64,000 bases of DNA from Candidatus Kerfeldbacteria bacterium (GCA_016214565.1 JACROE010000002.1:600007-664006), one strand, 5' to 3'; positions 18,653-29,466 are shown, counted from the first letter of the stretch. The notes: generated by a model from the sequence alone, not told the origin. Translations and numbers: made by a program.

Positions 18653-18709
18653 CCTCATTCCGAACTTGTTTCGGAATCTCGGAGATCCTGAAATGAATTC
18701 AGGATGAGG
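18653..18709. ncRNA. structured intergenic element, family 1, copy A (nested double hairpin inside CCTCAT/ATGAGG outer stem)
   Basis: Near-identical copy at 26049-26106 with compensatory stem changes; lies between convergent uvrA and the hydrolase gene. Confidence 0.5.
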
Positions 18710-18710
18710 A

Positions 18711-19421
18711 CTATTGTAGCAGTGGAAACTTAAATATCTCCTCCAGCACCCGATCCGTTTCGCAATCAAGGAGAATCTCATGTCCAGAGCGCTCCAGCCA
18801 AACGAGTTCTTTGTCGGCACTCGGAATAGTGTCATAGATATGCCGAGCCCCTGATGGTGCGGCGACTTTATCGTTATGTGAATGGATGATGCGCACGGGC
18901 TGGGTGACTTTTTCCAGGACACTGTCGAAGTGTTGAGTGCGGAGCCAGAAGTGTCGAAATGCAGTCGAAGGGAACCAGGCATAGCCCTGGTCATTTTTGG
19001 CATAGGCGAAGGAGCTGAATTTAGCGATGCTGGGATTGGGCACGCGCGGAATGACGCGGCTGACCACGCGGGTGTAGCGCGCCAGACGAGAGTAGAAGTG
19101 GAGGCAGGAGGACAAGAGTACCAGCCCTAAAATTTGTTTCGGGTATTTTGCAGCTAGTTCCAGTGCCAGGAGCGCTCCCATGGAGAGGGCAATGATGAGT
19201 ATTGGCCGAGTTTTGGGCTGGAGATACTGCAGGGCTTGCTCCACATCGTACTGCCAGTCTTCCCAGCGAGCATTTACCAAATCACCCGGCGTGGTGCCGT
19301 GGCCGGCCAGGATGGGGTAGTGCCATTCGATGCCGCGCTTGTCCAATTCAGGAATCACCGCTTCCAGGCTGGAGCGGTGCGAGGTGAAACCGTGGATAAG
19401 CAGTACGGCGGGTTTGGGCAT
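18711..19421 (-). CDS. alpha/beta-fold hydrolase (esterase/lipase-like)
   Basis: LLIHGFTS, nucleophile elbow ALSMGA, C-terminal His region. Confidence 0.7.
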   Translation of the reverse strand: MPKPAVLLIHGFTSHRSSLEAVIPELDKRGIEWHYPILAGHGTTPGDLVNARWEDWQYDVEQALQYLQPKTRPILIIALSMGALLALELAAKYPKQILGLVLLSSCLHFYSRLARYTRVVSRVIPRVPNPSIAKFSSFAYAKNDQGYAWFPSTAFRHFWLRTQHFDSVLEKVTQPVRIIHSHNDKVAAPSGARHIYDTIPSADKELVWLERSGHEILLDCETDRVLEEIFKFPLLQ

Positions 19422-19475
19422 AGTGGTAGTGTAGCATAATTTTATTATTAATCATGTATTAATTAATATTATTTT

Positions 19476-19736
19476 ATGGTAATGTGGGTTGGTATGACCG
19501 ATACAAAATTATCCGGCCACGTCGATTCAGACAAGCACATCGCCATCTACACCGCTGCCGATGGCACTGTCCACCGATTGAGTAGTTATTGCACCCATGA
19601 GTTCTGTGATGTGGAATGGGATGGCAATGAAAACAATTGGCACTGCCCCTGCCATGGCGCGCGGTATGCCCCGACCGGCGCCGTCATAAAAGGCCCGGCC
19701 ACCGAGCCATTGCGTACCCTACGCGATCACGAATAG
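19476..19736 (+). CDS. Rieske [2Fe-2S] domain protein (small)
   Basis: CTH-x15-CPCH Rieske ligand boxes. Confidence 0.7.
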   Translation: MVMWVGMTDTKLSGHVDSDKHIAIYTAADGTVHRLSSYCTHEFCDVEWDGNENNWHCPCHGARYAPTGAVIKGPATEPLRTLRDHE

Positions 19737-19831
19737 TATCTTGACACCCGAGCCTCGCCGTGGTAGGTTCGGGCTGTTTTGATATATTGTTCGTTCGTAA
19801 CTATCATCACAATTCTGCGTGGAGGTGAGGC

Positions 19832-20110
19832 ATGTCTCGTGCATTTCCTACCAAACGGCAGTTGGTGGCCAAGTATCTCGAGTGGGCGCATCGTCTGCCA
19901 GGGTATGGGCAGGTGACCGCGGCGATGGTCCGATCAATTCCCGCCGAGGATTTGCGGCGATGGTATTTCAAGGGAGAGTATCCCCGGAAAGGCTGGTCGC
20001 ATATTGGCAACCAAAATGCAGCCGTGAAGCATTTCTTCGAAGATACCAGTCCGTACATGATCGCGTACACTGAGCAAAAACAGCGTCGCCAGCAGTCCGC
20101 CCGGCCGTAG
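19832..20110 (+). CDS. hypothetical protein
   Basis: 92 aa ORF followed by a strong hairpin plus T-tract terminator (20103-20140); no recognisable domain. Confidence 0.4.
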   Translation: MSRAFPTKRQLVAKYLEWAHRLPGYGQVTAAMVRSIPAEDLRRWYFKGEYPRKGWSHIGNQNAAVKHFFEDTSPYMIAYTEQKQRRQQSARP

Positions 20111-20158
20111 AAGCACCACTTCTACGGCCTGATTATTTTTAAGATCACGCGGAGGGGC

Positions 20159-20187
20159 TTGACAAAATGGGGGTTTTGCTGTAGTAT
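20159..20187 (+). promoter_or_regulatory. sigma70-like promoter (TTGACA-17-TAGTAT) within a duplicated 17-nt module
   Basis: GGGCTTGACAAAATGGG is identical to the promoter of the radical-SAM operon at 38945-38961. Confidence 0.5.
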
Positions 20188-20242
20188 GGTTGGTTATTGT
20201 GAAACAGAAACAAACAGTAGTATTGAACAGGAGGTTCTTTTC

Positions 20243-20668
20243 ATGTCAAAGCAGAGTCAATTATTCAATCAGGCGCGTACGCCCGTCTTCCAACAGAAGA
20301 GCTCCATTGGCCGAACCGCTCTGGTTATTGGCCTGATTCTTCTGGCCATTGTCGCGTTTGTCTTCGCGATCAACTACTTTGCTCCCAGGGAGCAGACGAT
20401 CACGGCGCAGTATCCGCACGGTATCGTGGCTGTCATCAGCTACAATGCCTACCTCGGGTATCCCGTGGTCGACTCGAGCTACACCTTAGCTCAATTGCTG
20501 GATGATCCGTGTATCATCAATATCAATTTCGACTTGCGCGAAGCAGACTCAGATGCGCGGGCATATCTCGCTTTCTCGGTGTTCCAAATGGATCCCGAAC
20601 GAGGCGAATCGTGGATACGGGCGCATGATTCACTGGAAGCAGTGACAATGCCGCTCGGCACCATTTGA
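20243..20668 (+). CDS. hypothetical membrane-anchored protein
   Basis: GGAGG RBS 9 nt upstream of ATG at 20243; one TM helix. Confidence 0.45.
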   Translation: MSKQSQLFNQARTPVFQQKSSIGRTALVIGLILLAIVAFVFAINYFAPREQTITAQYPHGIVAVISYNAYLGYPVVDSSYTLAQLLDDPCIININFDLREADSDARAYLAFSVFQMDPERGESWIRAHDSLEAVTMPLGTI

Positions 20669-20737
20669 TGATTGACGTTTCGACGCCAATCATGACCGGG
20701 AACATATTTACATGTGTTGCCGGTCTTTTTATTATTT

Positions 20738-20784
20738 GCCACTTTTCTTGGCGCCAAGAAAAGTGGCAGAAAAGAAGCGCCGGG
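20738..20784. repeat. hairpin element, family 2, copy A (GCCACTTTTCTTGG/CCAAGAAAAGTGGC plus AGAAAAGAAGCGCC)
   Basis: Second copy at 29568-29614 with compensatory substitutions (GCCGCTTTTCTG/CAGAAAAGCGGC). Confidence 0.5.
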
Positions 20785-20940
20785 ATTTCTATTCGCGGGG
20801 TGCTGATTTGCCTATTCAATATTGGAAGGGCTCAAGAGAAATCCCGGACCCTGTTTCTGAAATTTTGGAGTTCCTAAAACTTTTTGAGTTGCATTGTACT
20901 TTTTGAACAGAAGCTGATAGCAGGGTATACTATCTATACT

Positions 20941-21861
20941 ATGCAGCCACTGGAAAAATCTATTCTGGAGACCATTGCGTATTTTGATGTGTTTGATTAC
21001 CCGTTGGCGCCGTTTGAAGTGTGGCAGTGGCTGTATCGGTCAGATACCGCTGCACCCGGCACCGTATCACTTGGTGAGATAGTCAAGCAGTTGGAGGCAT
21101 TGAAAACCAATGGGCGGATCGCTGAGCAGTGGGGTTTCTATGCGCTGCCTGGCCGCGCCGAGATTGTTGAGACGCGCATGGATCGCTATCGGTTGGCTGA
21201 GCGAAAGTATTTTCGAGTGCAGCGATTGGTACGCTTGTTGCGGTTTGTTCCGTTCGTGCGCATGATAGGGGTTTGCAATACGCTTGCGTATAGTAATAGC
21301 CGTCGTGAAGCAGACATTGACCTCTTTGTGATTACCAGTCCTGGTCGCATCTGGCAGGCTCGGTTTTGGCTGGCTGGATTTCTAAAATTTTTCCGTTTGC
21401 GCCCGTCGCAGGTGCATACGACTGACACGTTGTGCGCATCATTCTATACAGACCGCCAACATCTTAATCTCGAATCGTTGGCCTTGCCTGAGGATATTTA
21501 TTTGGCGTATTGGATTGCGCAGGTAACGCCGATATATGACGAGGGCGTCTATACGCATTTTATGGAGCAGAATCGCTGGGTGCGCCTCTACCTGCCCAAT
21601 CTTCAATCGAAAGTTCTGACGCCCCGGCGTCGGGTACGGGCTTTTTGGGTGCTCCACCGATTGATTGAAGCAATTGCTTGGTGTATTCCTGAACGCGTTT
21701 TTAAGAATTATCAGCTCAAAGTTATGCCGGAGCGCTTGCGGTCATTAGCAAACCAGGATACGCGGGTGGTCGTCGATGACACCATGCTGAAATTCCACGA
21801 TACCGATCGCCGGCAGCAGTATCATGACGCCTGGCGTGAGCGCGTCGCCACACTCGTATGA
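20941..21861 (+). CDS. nucleotidyltransferase-fold-like hypothetical protein
   Basis: YSNSRREADIDLFVIT fits the G/S-x(n)-DxD NTase signature; 4-nt overlap with the downstream O-antigen ligase-like gene. Confidence 0.45.
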   Translation: MQPLEKSILETIAYFDVFDYPLAPFEVWQWLYRSDTAAPGTVSLGEIVKQLEALKTNGRIAEQWGFYALPGRAEIVETRMDRYRLAERKYFRVQRLVRLLRFVPFVRMIGVCNTLAYSNSRREADIDLFVITSPGRIWQARFWLAGFLKFFRLRPSQVHTTDTLCASFYTDRQHLNLESLALPEDIYLAYWIAQVTPIYDEGVYTHFMEQNRWVRLYLPNLQSKVLTPRRRVRAFWVLHRLIEAIAWCIPERVFKNYQLKVMPERLRSLANQDTRVVVDDTMLKFHDTDRRQQYHDAWRERVATLV

Positions 21862-23180
21862 AATGGTTTTATCGCATGTCCACCTGGTTACTCTACGGCT
21901 ATGTTTTTTTACTGCCCGGGCAGGCGCGGTGGATTTGGCGCGAGGCGAGTTTAGGTGGCTGGGTGTGGGAGTATGGCCGAGGCAGTCTCTATCTTACTGA
22001 TTTTTTGTGGGTGGCATTACTTCTGTGCGCCTGGTGTTTTCCCCATACATCAGTACGGATGCGGCAGTGGTGGCTGGCTCTCGGCGCGCTCGTCATTATC
22101 GCATTTGGTTCTGTCCTGGCGAGCGTTCATGCTGATACGTCATGGTATGCCTGGCTGCGTTTGCTTCAGGGTATTTCATTGATTTGGATAATCTATCGAT
22201 TGCGGTTTTCTTGGCGCGGCATATCCATCGCTTTGATCGGCGCTGGCGTCGTGCAGGCGGGTTTTGGCATCTGGCAGTTTTTCTTTCAGGAAGTGATGGC
22301 CAGTACCTGGTTGGGCATGGCCTCCCACGCACCGGCCATCCTGGGTGACTCAGTGATCGAGACCACCGCCGGCAGATTTTTGCGCGCCTATGGCACGCTG
22401 CCCCATCCGAATATTCTCGGCGGGTTCCTGGCAGTCTGTTTGGTGTTATTGATTCCACTGTTAGCCTCAGTCTATCGCGATTGGAAATATGGCTGGTATG
22501 GCGCCATTGGCGTGCCCGCATCATTTGTCATTATCCTTACTGGACTTTTATTCACTTTTTCCCGCTCGGCCTGGTTGGGCGCCGGTGTCGCATTCGTCGG
22601 CATGTTCGTGGCCTCGCTTTGGCAGCGCGATCGACTGCGCATGAGGCTATTGTGTCGCGCGGCAGTCTGGGGGATTGCGGTTATTGCCGTCTGTTGGATA
22701 TTGATACCTGAGCCGTTTCAAACGCATTTAATTGATGGCGGCCGACTGGAGCAGCGATCCTCAGATGAGCGGATGATGGGTATCCGAGATAGTTTCGAAC
22801 AGCTGGGTCAGACGTGGGTGGCGGGCACCGGTATCGGCGCCAGCACCTACGCGAATTTTCAGGAGCGGCCAACCACCCAGGACGGATTTGCTGAACCGGT
22901 GCACGATATATATCTCTTAGTTTTTGTTGAACTCGGCATCTTAGGCGGCATGCTGTTTTTGTGGCTTCTTGGATTATTTATCACTTCCTTCATGCATCAG
23001 CTTACTCGGCGACCGCCTGTATCTGATGGGTATATCGCTTTTGCCGTGGCCGTGGCATGTGTGCTCGTCATTGGGCTCTTCGAGCACTTCATCTGGTCGC
23101 TCGCTTTTGGTGGGTTACTTTTCTGGCTACTCTTCGGCATGTGGCTGAAAATAGAGACTTTTGGCGTTGTGGATAAATAG
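21858..23180 (+). CDS. O-antigen ligase/polymerase (Wzy_C) family membrane protein
   Basis: About 10 TM helices; FSRSAWLGAGV motif typical of WaaL/O-antigen ligase family. Confidence 0.65.
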   Translation: MKWFYRMSTWLLYGYVFLLPGQARWIWREASLGGWVWEYGRGSLYLTDFLWVALLLCAWCFPHTSVRMRQWWLALGALVIIAFGSVLASVHADTSWYAWLRLLQGISLIWIIYRLRFSWRGISIALIGAGVVQAGFGIWQFFFQEVMASTWLGMASHAPAILGDSVIETTAGRFLRAYGTLPHPNILGGFLAVCLVLLIPLLASVYRDWKYGWYGAIGVPASFVIILTGLLFTFSRSAWLGAGVAFVGMFVASLWQRDRLRMRLLCRAAVWGIAVIAVCWILIPEPFQTHLIDGGRLEQRSSDERMMGIRDSFEQLGQTWVAGTGIGASTYANFQERPTTQDGFAEPVHDIYLLVFVELGILGGMLFLWLLGLFITSFMHQLTRRPPVSDGYIAFAVAVACVLVIGLFEHFIWSLAFGGLLFWLLFGMWLKIETFGVVDK

Positions 23181-23194
23181 CGGAGTAGGGGGCG

Positions 23195-23252
23195 TTTGAC
23201 AGGGTAAAAACCATTGCTATAATGTATTAGCACTCAATAGTCTAGAGTGCTA
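23195..23252 (+). promoter_or_regulatory. groESL promoter (TTGACA-16-TATAAT) followed by perfect CIRCE operator (TTAGCACTC-N9-GAGTGCTAA)
   Basis: Exact consensus -35/-10 hexamers; CIRCE at 23226-23252 matches the HrcA operator consensus in all 18 positions. Confidence 0.85.
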
Positions 23253-23293
23253 AATTAATTAACAATTATTAATAAATAAAGGCAAAAAAGCAT

Positions 23294-23569
23294 ATGAAAC
23301 TCAAACCATTGGGTGATCGGATTGCCGTCAAACCGGTAACCGAAGAAGAGGTAACCAAGTCAGGCATCGTGTTACCTGAGACCGCTGAAAAAGAAAAAAA
23401 AGAAGAGGGTGAGGTCGTGGCCATCGGCGACGGTGAAAAGATCACCAAGCTCGGGCTGAAAGTCGGCGACCGCGTGCTCTTCGGCAAATACGCCGGCGAA
23501 GAAGTGACGCTGGAGAATGTCGAGTATAAAGTATTAAAAGATGAAGACGTGCTCGCCGTTGTCGAGTAA
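23294..23569 (+). CDS. groES: co-chaperonin GroES
   Basis: 91 aa, LKPLGDRIAVK...GIVLP...GDRVLF canonical GroES. Confidence 0.95.
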   Translation: MKLKPLGDRIAVKPVTEEEVTKSGIVLPETAEKEKKEEGEVVAIGDGEKITKLGLKVGDRVLFGKYAGEEVTLENVEYKVLKDEDVLAVVE

Positions 23570-23589
23570 CGTCAGTATTGAATTATTAA

Positions 23590-25239
<1,650 letters not shown>

Positions 25240-25378
25240 TCGGACAACCCTTTCGAAAAGTGTTTTCCGACACCTTTCGCAAAAGGTTGATTCGCTCGGT
25301 CTGGGACCCACAAGACCCGTGACCTCGCGAAACTTCATTCTATGCTAAGCTCGGCATGCTCCAGAGATAATAGGAAAA

Positions 25379-25408
25379 CCCCCGGATGGAAACAGACGGG
25401 GGTTTTTG
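25379..25408 (+). terminator. rho-independent terminator (module CCGGATGGAAACAGACGGGGGTTTTTGGTT), copy 1
   Basis: GC stem plus T5 directly after groEL; second copy at 26006-26040. Confidence 0.6.
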
Positions 25409-25439
25409 GTTTATTATTCCTTTGGTATAATCTGATGGT

Positions 25440-25976
25440 ATGACTGTCATCTATCCTATTGAATGGGAGATACCCGCCGGAACTCTTGCGAGCTGGATTG
25501 GCTGGGCGAGAAGTAGGCCATCGGTAATTGCATTGTTAGTTGCAGTAGTTTTTTTTGCGCTCATCATTTTTTTACCAGATACGTGGGGTTTTGGGACAAT
25601 ACTAATCGTCTTTATTTTTTTATTACTTGGCCGAATGTGGCGTCATCCTACTTGGCTACCGATGCGTCGATATCGGATTGACGAAAAGGGTATAATGGTT
25701 CGTGAGGGGGCTCGTGAAAAAATATTCGCATGGCAAGACTGTAAAGATTACCATCTGAGGGATGCTCCGGAAGATAATGAATTGTTAATGATCGGAGTGG
25801 TGGATAAGTCAGAGAAACTTGGCAAGCTCATAGTCGTGCGGTCTGAAAAGTCATTGGATGTTATCGGAACAAGTCACGCTTTTGTGCTGCAGACAAATAC
25901 AACCATCGAAAGTGATGTAATCGAGACCATTGCTTCTCGACTGCCCAAGTCGCCATTGGAGGCCGCGGAGGGATGA
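25440..25976 (+). CDS. hypothetical membrane protein
   Basis: 178 aa, two N-terminal TM helices; followed by terminator copy 2. Confidence 0.45.
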   Translation: MTVIYPIEWEIPAGTLASWIGWARSRPSVIALLVAVVFFALIIFLPDTWGFGTILIVFIFLLLGRMWRHPTWLPMRRYRIDEKGIMVREGAREKIFAWQDCKDYHLRDAPEDNELLMIGVVDKSEKLGKLIVVRSEKSLDVIGTSHAFVLQTNTTIESDVIETIASRLPKSPLEAAEG

Positions 25977-26005
25977 TCACGGGGTGACAAGTTTATAGTA
26001 TAAGA

Positions 26006-26040
26006 CCCGCCGGATGGAAACAGACGGGGGTTTTTGGTTA
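26006..26040 (+). terminator. rho-independent terminator module, copy 2
   Basis: Same 30-nt module as 25379-25408. Confidence 0.6.
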
Positions 26041-26048
26041 TTAACTGC

Positions 26049-26106
26049 CCTCATGCCGAACTGGTTTCGGCATCTCAAGAGATCCTGAAATTAATTCAGG
26101 ATGAGG
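26049..26106. ncRNA. structured intergenic element, family 1, copy B
   Basis: Same nested double hairpin as 18653-18709, with paired compensatory changes (ATTCCGAA/TTCGGAAT to ATGCCGAA/TTCGGCAT). Confidence 0.5.
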
Positions 26107-26158
26107 GAATTGAGATGGGTTTTGGTTTTATCCAATTCGCGCTATACTATAGACAGAT

Positions 26159-26668
26159 GTGACATCGATTTCTATGAATGAAAATCCTGTCCAAGCAACA
26201 GCGCCGGCTGTTCCGGCTACCCCATCAGACAATGCGCTCATCGCGGGCAAACCGCTCGGGTATTACTGGCGTATGACTCGTCTTTTTGTTGTTCTGGCGG
26301 TACTCCTCGATATCATCAACGCCTGGCTAGGCATTCTTTCGTATGGACGATGGGTTATTCTCGGTGTGGTGGTGTTATTGCTTGCTTGGTGGAGTTCTCA
26401 CCGCGGCACTGTTTCGATGAATAGCATGCTGGTTGCCGGCGGTCTCTTTGGCATATTGACCGGCATTACATTCGCCATAATTGACATAATTTGGTATCAT
26501 CAGTGGTGGTATGCATTGAATCTCGTACGATTACCCATACTCATCGGAGCATTGGGAATCGGCGTCAGTTTCATCGGGTACTTTCTCTTCCGCAGTCTTT
26601 TGGTCAGAAGGGAACAATCCCAAACGAAAGGGGGTGGCATCTATGGACGAACAAAAAAATATGAATGA
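26159..26668 (+). CDS. hypothetical integral membrane protein
   Basis: 169 aa, about 4 TM helices. Confidence 0.45.
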   Translation: MTSISMNENPVQATAPAVPATPSDNALIAGKPLGYYWRMTRLFVVLAVLLDIINAWLGILSYGRWVILGVVVLLLAWWSSHRGTVSMNSMLVAGGLFGILTGITFAIIDIIWYHQWWYALNLVRLPILIGALGIGVSFIGYFLFRSLLVRREQSQTKGGGIYGRTKKYE

Positions 26669-26963
26669 ACAGAAACCGGTTTCCGGCAATTCAGACAGCA
26701 ATCTGATGGCCGCGCTGTCCTACGTGTGGATTTTGAGCATTGTCATGCTGATCATCAAGAAAGATGACGAGTTTGTGAAATACCACGCGAAACAAGGATT
26801 GATTTTATTTATTCTCTCCTTCGTCGGCGTTATTCCGGTCATTGGCTGGTTTGTTTGGCTGGCGGTCGTGATACTCGACATCATTGGTTTCATCAAAGCC
26901 TTGTCCGGCGAGCGGTATAAGGTGCCGGTCGTAGGAGATCTAGCAGAGAAGATCAAGATGTAA
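26634..26963 (+). CDS. DUF4870-family small membrane protein
   Basis: AALSYVWILSIVMLII..D.FVKYHAKQGLILFI matches the DUF4870 pattern; start may be 26643. Confidence 0.6.
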   Translation: MASMDEQKNMNEQKPVSGNSDSNLMAALSYVWILSIVMLIIKKDDEFVKYHAKQGLILFILSFVGVIPVIGWFVWLAVVILDIIGFIKALSGERYKVPVVGDLAEKIKM

Positions 26964-27060
26964 TTGCCAAAACTGAAATTTCGAAAGCCCGGGATTGATT
27001 TTCCGGGCTTTTTGTGTTATACTGTGTATACAATCTATCATTAAACGGAAAAAATTTTTT

Positions 27061-29466
27061 ATGTCAGCACGATCAAAGGCACTCGTACTCTGGTTTAATG
27101 AATTAGGAATCAAGGACGTCCCCTTGGTCGGTGGGAAGAATGCATCCTTGGGCGAAATGTACCGCAAGCTGACGAAGCAAAAAGTTTCAATCCCCAATGG
27201 ATACGCCATCACTGCCGCGGCGTATTTTTATTTACTCGAGGAGCAGGGCATCCGGGATGACATCAAACGGGTGCTGAAGGATTTGGACACTCACAATCTC
27301 CGCAATCTCCAGGCGCATGGCAAGAAAGTCCGCCAGCTGATTCTCAATACTACTTTTCCCAAAGATCTCAAAGAAATTATCGTTGCCAACTATCGCAAGC
27401 TCGAGGCGCAGTATGGGAAAAATGTAGACGTAGCCGTCCGCTCGTCAGCCACGGCAGAGGATTTGCCGGACGCGTCATTTGCCGGCCAGCAAGAAACGTA
27501 TTTGAATATTCGGGGTGCTGACGCGCTGCTTGAGGCATGTAAAAAATGTTTTGCCTCGTTATTCACCGACCGCGCAATTTCCTATCGTGAAGACAAGCAT
27601 TTTGATCATTTTTCCATCGGCCTCTCCATCGCCGTGCAGAAAATGGTGCGCTCGGATAAAGGCGCCTCAGGCGTTATGTTCTCTATTGATACCGAGTCGG
27701 GCCACAAAGACATGGTGCTGATTAACGCCGCCTATGGATTGGGTGAAAACGTGGTGCAAGGCGCGGTCAGTCCCGATGAGTTTTATGTGCACAAGCCAAC
27801 CTTGAAAAAAGGCTTCAAACCGATTGTTTCGAAAATGCTGGGCACCAAGAAGATCAAGATGATTTACTCCACCGGCGCCACACCCACCAAAAATATTCCA
27901 GTGCCGACGGCTGATCGGATGCGGTATTGTATTACTGATGCGGAAGTTCTGAAATTGGCGAAGTGGGCATCTATTATTGAAGATCACTATTCGAAGGAAG
28001 CTGGGCATTTCAAACCCATGGACATGGAGTGGGCCAAGGACGGCGTTACCGGTAAATTATTTATCGTCCAGGCGCGCCCTGAGACGGTAGTGTCTCAGCG
28101 CGACGTGAATGTACTCGAGGCCTATACGCTGAAGAAGAAGAGCAAGCTTCTTGTCAGCGGATCGCCCGTTGGGGCCAAAATTGGTTCTGGTAGAGCTAAC
28201 GTGGTCAAAGACGTACGCAGTATTCATGATTTCAGAAAAGGTGATGTGCTGGTAACTCATATGACGGATCCCGACTGGGAGCCGATTATGAAAATCGCTT
28301 CGGCTATCGTGACCAACGAGGGTGGTCGCACCTCCCATGCCGCCATTGTTTCCCGCGAATTGGGCATTCCGGCCATCGTGGGTGCTGACGGCGCGACCAA
28401 AAAGATTCCGCACAATTCCACGATTACCGTGAGCTGTGCCGAGGGAGATGTGGGGAATGTGTATGCCGGTAAATTGCCCTTCTCCGTCCGACGGACTGAT
28501 ATTAAGAAATTACCCCGGCCAAAACGCACCAAGGTAAAAATGATTTTTGGCACTCCTGAATTGGCATTCGCCACCTCGCAGATTCCGAATGACGGTGTGG
28601 GTTTGGCCCGCGAGGAATTCATTATCAATTCGTATATCAAGATTCATCCGATGGCTTTGGTCAATTATGCCCAGCTGAAAGATCGGGCCGCCAAACGCCA
28701 AATCGACGCCTTAACCATCGGCTATACGGATAAAAAGAAATATTACATTGATAAATTGGCCTATGGAATTGCCACCATTGCCGCGGCATTTTATCCGCGC
28801 GAGGTGATTGTCCGACTGGCCGACTTCCGTTCAAATGAATATGCTGAATTAATCGGTGGCAAGCAATTTGAGCCCGAGGAGCGCAATCCGATGATTGGCT
28901 GGCGCGGTGCTTCCCGCTACTACGATCCGAAATATCGTCCAGCGTTTGACCTGGAGTGCCAGGCATTGAAACGGGTGCGCGAAGAAATGGGCATGACGAA
29001 TGTGAAGGTAATGGTGCCATTCTGCCGCACTGTTGATGAAGGTAAGAAAGTCATCCAAGCCATGGCGGAGAACGGATTGAAACAGCATGTGAACGGCCTC
29101 GAGGTGTACGTCATGTGCGAGATTCCGTCCAATGTTATCTTGGCTGACCAGTTCTCAAAGATTTTTGACGGGTTCTCGATTGGGTCCAATGACTTGACTC
29201 AATTAACCCTCGGTCTGGATCGTGACTCTGGCATCATCGCCCATGTGGGCAATGAAAAGAACGAGGCAGTCAAGCGGTTAGTTACCCAGGTTATTAAAAC
29301 CGCAAAGCAGTACAAGCGGGATATCGGCATCTGCGGCCAAGCGCCGTCTGACTTCCCGGACTTTGCCCAGTTCCTGGTCAAGCAGGGGATCAATAGCATT
29401 TCCCTGAATCCTGACACGATTCTGAGCACCATGGTGGCAATTGCTAAAGCAGAAAAACGGAAGTAA
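27061..29466 (+). CDS. ppsA: phosphoenolpyruvate synthase (pyruvate, water dikinase)
   Basis: About 800 aa; PEP-utilising enzyme mobile domain GGRTSHAAIVSRELGIPAIVG; ATP-grasp N-terminal domain; C-terminal TIM-barrel. Confidence 0.9.
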   Translation: MSARSKALVLWFNELGIKDVPLVGGKNASLGEMYRKLTKQKVSIPNGYAITAAAYFYLLEEQGIRDDIKRVLKDLDTHNLRNLQAHGKKVRQLILNTTFPKDLKEIIVANYRKLEAQYGKNVDVAVRSSATAEDLPDASFAGQQETYLNIRGADALLEACKKCFASLFTDRAISYREDKHFDHFSIGLSIAVQKMVRSDKGASGVMFSIDTESGHKDMVLINAAYGLGENVVQGAVSPDEFYVHKPTLKKGFKPIVSKMLGTKKIKMIYSTGATPTKNIPVPTADRMRYCITDAEVLKLAKWASIIEDHYSKEAGHFKPMDMEWAKDGVTGKLFIVQARPETVVSQRDVNVLEAYTLKKKSKLLVSGSPVGAKIGSGRANVVKDVRSIHDFRKGDVLVTHMTDPDWEPIMKIASAIVTNEGGRTSHAAIVSRELGIPAIVGADGATKKIPHNSTITVSCAEGDVGNVYAGKLPFSVRRTDIKKLPRPKRTKVKMIFGTPELAFATSQIPNDGVGLAREEFIINSYIKIHPMALVNYAQLKDRAAKRQIDALTIGYTDKKKYYIDKLAYGIATIAAAFYPREVIVRLADFRSNEYAELIGGKQFEPEERNPMIGWRGASRYYDPKYRPAFDLECQALKRVREEMGMTNVKVMVPFCRTVDEGKKVIQAMAENGLKQHVNGLEVYVMCEIPSNVILADQFSKIFDGFSIGSNDLTQLTLGLDRDSGIIAHVGNEKNEAVKRLVTQVIKTAKQYKRDIGICGQAPSDFPDFAQFLVKQGINSISLNPDTILSTMVAIAKAEKRK

